DNA from: Mobula hypostoma
Lineage: Eukaryota
Direction: 5' to 3'
Assembly (NCBI RefSeq): GCF_963921235.1
Contig: NC_086097.1
Location: 31,436,001 to 31,496,000, forward strand
DNA: 60,000 nt
Shown piece by piece: positions 51,880-60,000 of the stretch. Positions within the stretch are counted from its first letter, which is position 1. Every line of letters starts with the position of its first letter. The notes under the pieces are model-generated. The model saw only the letters and a list, made by a program, of their open reading frames with translations. It searched no databases and was not told the origin of the DNA. The position numbers and the translations under genes are program-made.

Positions 51880-54055
51880 ATTGTCAAACTGGCCAAAGTT
51901 GACGGGAAAGAGACACTGGCGGGAAAGACGGCAGAGCAGCAGTGGCTGGAGTTTATGCGAGAAGTGAGGAAGGTGCAAGACAGGTATATTCCAAAAAAGA
52001 AGAATTTTCGAATGGAAAAAGGATGCAATCGTGGTTGACAAGAGAAGTCAAAGCAAAAGTTAAAGCAAAGGAGAGGGCATACAAGGAAGCAAAAAATAGT
52101 GGGAAGACAGAGGATTGGGAAGTTTTTAAAACCTTACAAAAGGAAACTAAGAAGGTCATTAAGAGGGAAAAGATTAACTATGAAGGGAAGCTAGCAAATA
52201 ATATCAAAGAGGATACTAAAAGCTTTTTCAAGTATATAAAGAGTAAAAGACAGGTGAGAGTAGGTATAGGACCGATAGAAAATGATGCTGGAGAATTTGT
52301 AATGGAAGATGAGGAGATGGCAGAGGAACTGAATGAGTATTTTGCATCAGTCTTCACTGAGGAAGACATCAGCAGTATACCAGACACTCAAGGGTGGCAG
52401 GGAAGAGAAGTGTGCGCAGTCACAATTACGACAGAGTAAGTACTCAGGAAGCTGAATAGTCTAAAGGTAGATAAATCTCCTGGACCAGATGGAATGCACC
52501 CGCATGCTCTGAAGGAAGTAGCTGTGGAGATTGCGGAGGCATTAGCGATGATCTTTCAAAAGTCGATAGATTCTGGCATGGTTCCGGAGGACTGCAAGAT
52601 TGCAAATGTCACTCCGCTATTTAAGAAGGGGGCAAGGAAGCAAAAAGGAAATTATAGACCTGTTAGCTTGACATCGGTGGTTGGGAAGTTGTTGGAGTGG
52701 ATTGTCAAGGATGAGGTTACAGAGTAGCTGGAGGCATATGACAAGATAGGCAGAACTCAGCATGGATTCCTTAAAGGAAAATCCTGCCTGACAAACCTAT
52801 TACAACTTTTTGAGGAAATTACCAGTAGGCTAGACAAGGGAGATGCAGTGGATGTTATATATTTGGATTTTCAGAAGGCCTTTGACAAGGTGCCACACAT
52901 GAGGCTACTTAACAGATAAGAGCCCATGGAATTACGGGAAAGTTACATACGTGGATAGAGCGCTGGCTGATTGGCAGGAAACAGAGAGTGGGAATAAAGG
53001 GATCCTATTCTGGTTGGCTGCCAGTTACCAGTGGTGTTCCACAGGGGTCCATGTTGGGACCGCTTCTTTTTACATTGTACATCCATGATTTGGATTATGG
53101 AATAGATAGCTTTGTGGCTAAGTTTGCTGATGATATGAAGATAGGTGGAGGGGCCGGTAGTGCTGAGGAAATGGAAAGTCTGCAGAGAGACTTGGATAGA
53201 TTGGAAGAATGGGCAAAGAAGTGGCAAATGAAATACAATGTTGCAAAGTGTATGGTTGTGCACTTTGGCAGAAGAAATAAACGGGCAGACTATTACTTAA
53301 ATAGGGAAAGAATTCAAAGTTCTGAGATGCAACGGGACTTGGGAGTCCTCGTACAGGATACCCTTAGGGTTAACCTCCAGGTTGAGTCGGTAGTGAAGAA
53401 GGCAAATGCAATGTTGGCATTCATTTCTAGAGGAATAGAGTATAGGAGCAGGGATGTGATGTTGAGGCTATATAAGGCGCTGGTGAGACCTCACTTGGAG
53501 TACTGTGGGCAGTTTTGGTCTCCTTATTTAAGAAAGGATATGCTGACGTTGGAGAGGGTACAGAGAAGATTCACTAGAATGATTCCCGGAATGAGAGGGT
53601 TAACATATGAGGAACGTTTGTCCGCTCTTGGACTGTATTCCTTGGAGTTTAGAAGAATGAGGGGAGACCTCATAGAAACATTTCGGATGTTGAAAGGCAT
53701 GGACAGAGTGGATGTGGCAAAGTTGTTTCCCATGATGGGGGAGTCTAGTACGAGAGGGCATGACTTAAGGATTGAAGGGCGCCCACTCAGAAAAGAAATG
53801 CGAAGAAATTTTTTTAGTCAGAGGGTGGTGAATCTATAGAATTTGTTGCCACGGGCAGCAGTGGAGGCCAAGTCATTGGGTGTATTTAAGGCAGAGATTG
53901 ATAGGTATCTGAGTAGCCAGGGCATCAAAGGTTATGATGAGAAGGCAGGGGAGTGGGACTAAATGGGAGAATGGATCAGCTCATGATAAAATGGCGAAGC
54001 AGACTCGATGGGCTGAATGGCTGACTTCTGCTCCTTCGTTTTATGGTCTTATGGT
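51880..54055 (+). mobile_element. Relatively young 5'-truncated CR1 LINE (ORF2 RT)
   Basis: Long ORF pieces with few stops: FFKYIKSKR, KSPGPDGMHP, VTSGVPQGSMLGPLLF, FADDMKIGG and LYKALVRPHLEYC. Ends in a (cttatggt)-type tail. Confidence 0.95.
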
Positions 54056-54429
54056 CATTGTCCATTCATAAATCTGGGGTCAGAGTGGAAGAAGCTGTTT
54101 CTAAAATATTAAGCATGTCTTCAGGCTCCTGTACCTCCTACTTGATGGTAGGAATGAGAAGAGGGCATGTCCCAGGTGATGGGTGTCCTTAATGATGGAT
54201 GGAGCCTTTTTGAGGTATAACCTTTTGAAGATGTCCTCGATGCTGGGAAGACTGGAGACCTTTTAAACCCGTGATGCTACTTTCAAGGAACTAGGGATTT
54301 GTATTCCCAGATCCCCCTGTTCAACACATCCTTTAATGCCCTTTTTAAAGTCCTACCTCAGTTTCTCCTCCCAAAGTGAAACACCTCACACTTGTCAGCA
54401 TTTTTCCAGCAGCACAATCGTATCAGGAG

Positions 54430-57400
54430 CAAGAGAGGAGGCAGCTCACAGGTCCACAAGTTAGGGGTTTTTAAAAAAACAGGGAGCATTCACGGGTTTT
54501 TGCCATTTTCTGATGATTTTTCAGCATGGGTAAATAAAAATAAGGTAGGGACAAGCGGAGTGGTCATTGTGTGAGTGGACCAGTGTTAAAGAGTGGGGAA
54601 ACTTTGGCTCAACAAACTTAAGCAAGGCAAGTATCCAGCAAGTTTCTTCTTCATTCTTTGTTAGTACATACATAGAGCAGTGAGGATGGCTCCAGGAGCT
54701 GTGTTGTGTTCTTTGTGAGATGTGGGAATTCTGGGAGACCTCTAGCCTCCTGGATAACTATATCTACACCAGGTGCACCGAGTTCAGTTCTTCAGAGGAC
54801 ACGACATGTCAAGGAACCAGAGCTGCAGCTCGATGACCTTCGCTTCATATGGAAAACTGAGGAGGTGATGGGTAGGAGCTACATGAGGTAGTCACCCCTA
54901 ACTTGCAGGAGGCAGGTTCCTGGGTGACTGTTAGGAGAGGGAAAGAAAATGGGCAGTCAGTGCAGAATACTCCTGTGGCCATTCCCGTCAATAATAAGTA
55001 TACCACTTTAGACACTGTTTGGTGAGGGGGTGAGGGTGGGGGGTTGATGACTTACCGGTGGGAGCCGCAATGACTGGATCTGGTAGTTAAGAGTAAACAC
55101 GAGATTCTGTGGACACCATAGAGAAACCAGATTGTACGTTGCCTTCCAGATGCCAGGATCATAGACATTTCGGATCGAAACCACAGCATTCTAAAGGGGA
55201 AGGGGGTGCAGCCTGAAGTCTTGGTACATATTGGCACCAAAGACAAAGATAGGAAAAGGGAGCAGGCCCCGAAGAGAAAATTTAGGGAGCTAGGTGGAAA
55301 ACTGAAAAGCAGGACCATCAGGGTAGTAATCTCTGGATTGCTGCCCATGTCACACCTAGTGAGGGTAAGAATAGGACGATTTCGCGGATGAATGCATGGG
55401 TGAGGAACTGGTGCAGGGGGCAGAATACCTTTCTCTTCTGGGGAAGGTATGACCTGTACAAAAGGGGCAGGTTACACCTGAACCAGAGAGGGGTGGGGGG
55501 GGGGGGGTGCCAAAAGCCTTGTGGGCAGGTTTTGACAGGAAAGCCAGTGATAGGGCTGAGGATGGCGCAGTTGGTATACAAGCAGAGGCAGTGTGTAATG
55601 AGACTGCTCTGCTTGAGCAAGGAGAGGTTGATGATAGGGCAAAATTGCAGTCAGTGGGATGAGTTGCAGTGTAACGGGGGACAAAATCAACAGGAGTGAT
55701 GAATACAGGACTGACATATATTTAAAGGCACACGGTATACAGAACAAGGCAGATAATCTTGTAGCGCAGTTAGATTGGTAGGTATGACATGGGCATCATT
55801 CAATTGTGGCTGAAAGAAGATTATGTTTGGGAGCTTAACATCCAAGGATGCTCAATGTATCAAAAGGACAGGCAGGAAGGCAGAAGGGGTGGCATGCTCT
55901 GTTGGTAAAGAATGAAATCAAATCCTTAGAGGTGGAATAGGATCAGAAGATGTAGAATCCTTGTGGGTAGAGTTGAGGAATTGCAAGGGTTCCTGATGGG
56001 AGTTATTTACAGGCGTCCGAAGCATGGACAGGATGTGGGCTACAAATTACAACAGGTAGAAGAAAATAGATGTCAAAAGGGTAATGTTACGATCACCATG
56101 AGGGATTTCAATATGCAGGTAGATTAGGAAAATCAGTTTGGTGCTGATTATGGACCCCAAGAGAGAATTTGTAGAATGCCGATGAGATGGCTCTTTAGAG
56201 CAGCTTGTGGCTGAGCCCACTAGGGGATCAGCTATTCTGGAATGGATGTTGTGTAATGAACTGGATTTGATTAAGGAGCTAAAGGTAAAGGAACCCTTAG
56301 GATGCAGTGATAATATGATAGACTTCATCTTGCAATTTGAAAAGGAGAAGCTGAAGTCAGATGTATCATGGAGTAAAGGGAATTACAGAGGCATGAGAGG
56401 AGCTGGCCAAAGTTGATTGGAAGGGGACACTAGCAGGGTTGATGGCAGAGCAGCAATGGCTGGAGTTTCTGGGAGCAATCTGGAAAGTCCGGATAGATAC
56501 ATCCCAAATAAGAGATAGTCTAAAGACGGGATGACATAACTGTGGCTGACAAGGAAAGTCAAAGTCAACATAAAAGCTAAAAAGAGCATTTAATAAAGCA
56601 AAAATTAGTGTGAAGTTAGAGGATTGCCAAATGTAAAAACCAACAGAAGGCAACTAAAAAACCATAGGGAGAGAAAAGATGTAAATATGAAGTTAAGCTA
56701 ATATCAAAGCAGATTACAAAAGTTTTTTAAAGATATATAATGAATAAAAGAGAGGCAAGAGCAGACATCAGACCACAGGAAAATGACACTAAAGAAGTGG
56801 TAATGAGGGAAGAGGGAAATGGAGGATGGACAAACTAAGCACTTTGCACCAGTCTTCATTGTGGAAGTCATGAACAGTATGCCAGAAGCTCAAGAGAGTC
56901 AGGGATCAGAAGTGAGTTCAGTTGCTATAACTAGGGAAAAGTGCTTGGGAAGCTGGAAGGTCTGAAGGTTGATACGTCACCTGGACCAGATGGACGACAA
57001 CCCAGGGTTTTAAAGAGATAGCTAAAGATGCTGTCAAGGCATTAGTAGTGATCAAGGATCACTACATTCTGGCATGGATCCAGAGGATTGGAAAACTACA
57101 ATGTCACTCCACTCTCCAAGAAGGGAGGGAGGCAGAAGAAAGGAAATTAAAGATCAATTGGCCTGACCTCAGTGATTGGGAAGATGTTGGAGTCAATTGT
57201 GGGGTTTAGAAATACTTGGAGGCACCTGGTAAAATAGGCCAAAGTCAGCGTGGTTTCATAGAACATAGAATAGTACAGCACTGTACAGGCCCTTTGGCCC
57301 ACAATGTTGTGCCGACCCTCAAACCTTGCCTCCCATATAAACCCCCACCTTAGATTCCTCCATATACCTGTCTAGTAGTCTCTTAAACTTCACTAGTGTA

Positions 57401-58735
57401 TCTGCCTCCACCACTGACTCAGGCAGTGCATTCCACGCACGAACCACTCTCTGAGTAAAAAACCTTCATCTAATATCCCCCTTGAACTTCCCACCCCTTA
57501 CCTTAAAGCCATGTCCTCTTGTATTGAGCAGTGGTGCCCTGAGGAAGAGGCGCTGGCTATCCACTCTATCTCTATTTTCCTTAAGGGAAAATCTTGCCTA
57601 ACAAATCTATTGGAATTCTTTGAATAAATAAAAAGCAGGATAAACAAAGGAGGATGGATGTTGTATACTCAAATTTTCAGAAGGGCTTTTATGAAGTGCT
57701 GCTTACAAGGCTGCTTAGAAAGATAATAGCCCAGGTTGTTATAGGAAAGTTACTAACTTGAATAGAACATTGGCTGACTGGCAGGAGGCACAGAGTGGAA
57801 ATAAAGGTAACCTTTTCTGATTAGCTAGTGGTGCTGGGACCACTTCTTTTTATGTCAAACATCAATGATTTGGATGATGGAATTGATGGTTTTACGGCCA
57901 ACTTTGAGGACAATACAAAGAAAGGTGGTGAGGCATGTAGTTTTGAGGAAGCAGAGAAGTTACAGAAGGACTTAGATTAGGGGAATGGGCAAAGAAGTGG
58001 CAGATGGAATACAGTGTCGGGAAATATATGGTTATGCACTTCAGTAGAAGAAATAAAAGCACAGATTATTTTCTAAACAGGGAGAGAATTCAAAAATCTG
58101 AGGTGCAAAGGGACTTGGGAGTCCTCATGCAGGATTCCCTAGAAGTTAACTTGCAGATTGAGTTGGTGGTAAGGAAAGTAAATGAACATTAGCATTCATT
58201 TCAGGATGAGAATATAAAAACAAGGATCTAATTCTGAGGCTTTATAAGGCACTGGTGAGGCCTCACTTAAGAGTACTATAAGCAGTTTTGGGTCCCTCAT
58301 CTTAAAAAGGACGTGTTGAAACTGGAGAGGGTTCAAAGGAGGTTCACAAAAATTATTCTGGGAATGAAAAGCTTATCATATGAGAAGCACCTGATGGTTC
58401 TTGGCCTGTACTTGCTGGAATTTAGAAGAATGAGGGAGGATCTTATTGAAATCTATTGAATGTTAAAAGGCCTAGATAGAGTGGATGTGGAGAGGATGTT
58501 TCCTATAGTGGGGTAGTTTAGGACTAAAGGGCACAGCATCAGAATAGAAGGAATTCCTTTTAGAACAGAGATTAGTAGGAATTTCTTTAGTCAGAGGGTG
58601 GCAAATCTGTGGAATTCATTGCCACAGGCAGCTGTGGAGGCCAGGTCATTGGATGTACTTAAGCGGAGGTTGATAGATACTTGACAAGTCGGGCCATGAA
58701 ATGTTACACGGAGAAGGCAGGAGAATGGGGTTGTA
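54430..58735 (+). mobile_element. Near full-length degraded CR1 LINE with an internal short insertion at about 57258-57575
   Basis: ORF1 esterase remnant QPEVLVHIGT...RVVISGLLP, endonuclease EPTRGSAIL...EPLGCSD, and RT and 3' motifs, heavily frameshifted. Confidence 0.88.
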
Positions 58736-59129
58736 TTCCATATTGTTAATATAGATGACAAACAACAATGTTTATGTTAAATATGGAAGAAACAAAACAA
58801 TTTCTCTAATTAAGAATGAGGGTACAGAAAATTAAATTGCTACAGTGCAAGACAGCCTAACATTGTTAGGTGAATTGTGTATACCCATATTAGACATTGT
58901 ATAAAGATTCAAAGATAAAAATCAGGATTACATAGAGCAAATATGGTTTTATATATAGCACTTATGTTTGATAAATCTACAAGAGCTTTTAAGATCGGAA
59001 GAGCTTTTAAGTTTAAGGGGAAACAGATAATAATTAAAACGTAAGTGCAGATTCTAGAAGTCAAAAGACCTAGTCTGCAAATCATGTGGCAGCAACTCAA
59101 TGCCTGAAAGCATACAGACATAGATGAAT

Positions 59130-59535
59130 GGAACTGACTTTATTACTTACGTCTTTCATATACATGAGAAGTAAAAATCATTCCGTTTTGTCTCCGTCTA
59201 AGTGTGCAATGTGTAATTTATAAAAATAGTATATCCAACAGGACAGTCAACATAACATAGAAATACAATTGTATCAGTGTGAATTAATCAGTCTGACGGC
59301 CCGGGGGAAGCAGCTGTCCCGGAGCCTGTTGGTCCTGGCTTTTATGCTGCAGTACCATTTCCCAGATGGTAGCAGCTGGAACAGTTTGTGGTACACACCT
59401 GGCTCTGTAAATGTCCTGAATAGTGAGATGTTCACATCTACAGATGCACTGGGCTGTCCACACCACTCTCTGTAGAGTCCTGTGATTGAGGGAAGTACAT
59501 TTCCAATACCAGGCAGTGATGCAGCCAGTTAGGAG
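59130..59535 (-). mobile_element. Rex1-like LINE 3' fragment
   Basis: LTGCITAWYWKCTSLNHRTLQRVVWTA. Close paralogue of 45520-46110. Confidence 0.8.
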
Positions 59536-60000
59536 GTGTTGGGGTTTACTTAAGATGAAGTAGGTAGATAAGGAGAGAGAAAAAAGGGACACAGTGGGTA
59601 TAAATTATGTACAATTGGGCAATTCAGCTTTCATGCCAACTTGTTGTAGATGACTCAGGCAGAATATGAGGAGGCCCCTTTTTCATCCTGGTACAAAAGA
59701 CCTTAGAGCATTGCACTTAAGATGATCGTGGATTCTCCCAATGCTTTATTAACATTGATTCCTCAATCAATGCTCCTTTTATAAAAGTGCCAGACAAGCA
59801 AGTTATTTGACAGCACCTCTTGACGTTCCAAAGATATTGCACCACCATAAATTAGGAAGGTAATGGTATACCCTCTACTTGCTTGAAAGAGTACAGTCGC
59901 AGAACATATCAAGAAACTCAAGATTATCCAGAAAGTACTGATCATGACCAGCATGTCAGACACCACTCTAAGCTTCAATTCCATCCACATGGTGGATGCA

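Noticed and set aside
59600..60000. Possible missing first exon of the HSP70
   Set aside because: No frame I read gives GIDLGTTYS or any HSP70 N-terminal motif.

Overview
This is vertebrate genomic DNA, and the repeat content suggests a cartilaginous fish, probably a ray (inference). It is mostly transposable elements, with three genes in tandem on the minus strand. (1) Coding exon 1 and the CpG-island promoter of BRF1 (6341-6527). (2) A complete PPP1R36 gene, largely missed by the ORF track, which I assembled by hand from ten in-frame GT-AG exons (15780-42458). It also has two candidate micro-exons, a polyA signal and an RFX/ETS/CCAAT-rich promoter. (3) The 3' ~85% of a cytosolic HSP70 in the position of HSPA2 (48544-50183). 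It begins at a strong splice acceptor near codon 95, and its first exon is not in the window. Repeats include CR1, Rex1-like and RTE LINEs, V-SINEs, two hAT-type elements with TSDs, two intronic minisatellites, and many Penelope-like 3' ends carrying minimal hammerhead ribozymes, two of which have intact cores. There is no CRISPR array or prokaryotic system. Family assignments come from recalled sequences, not database searches.
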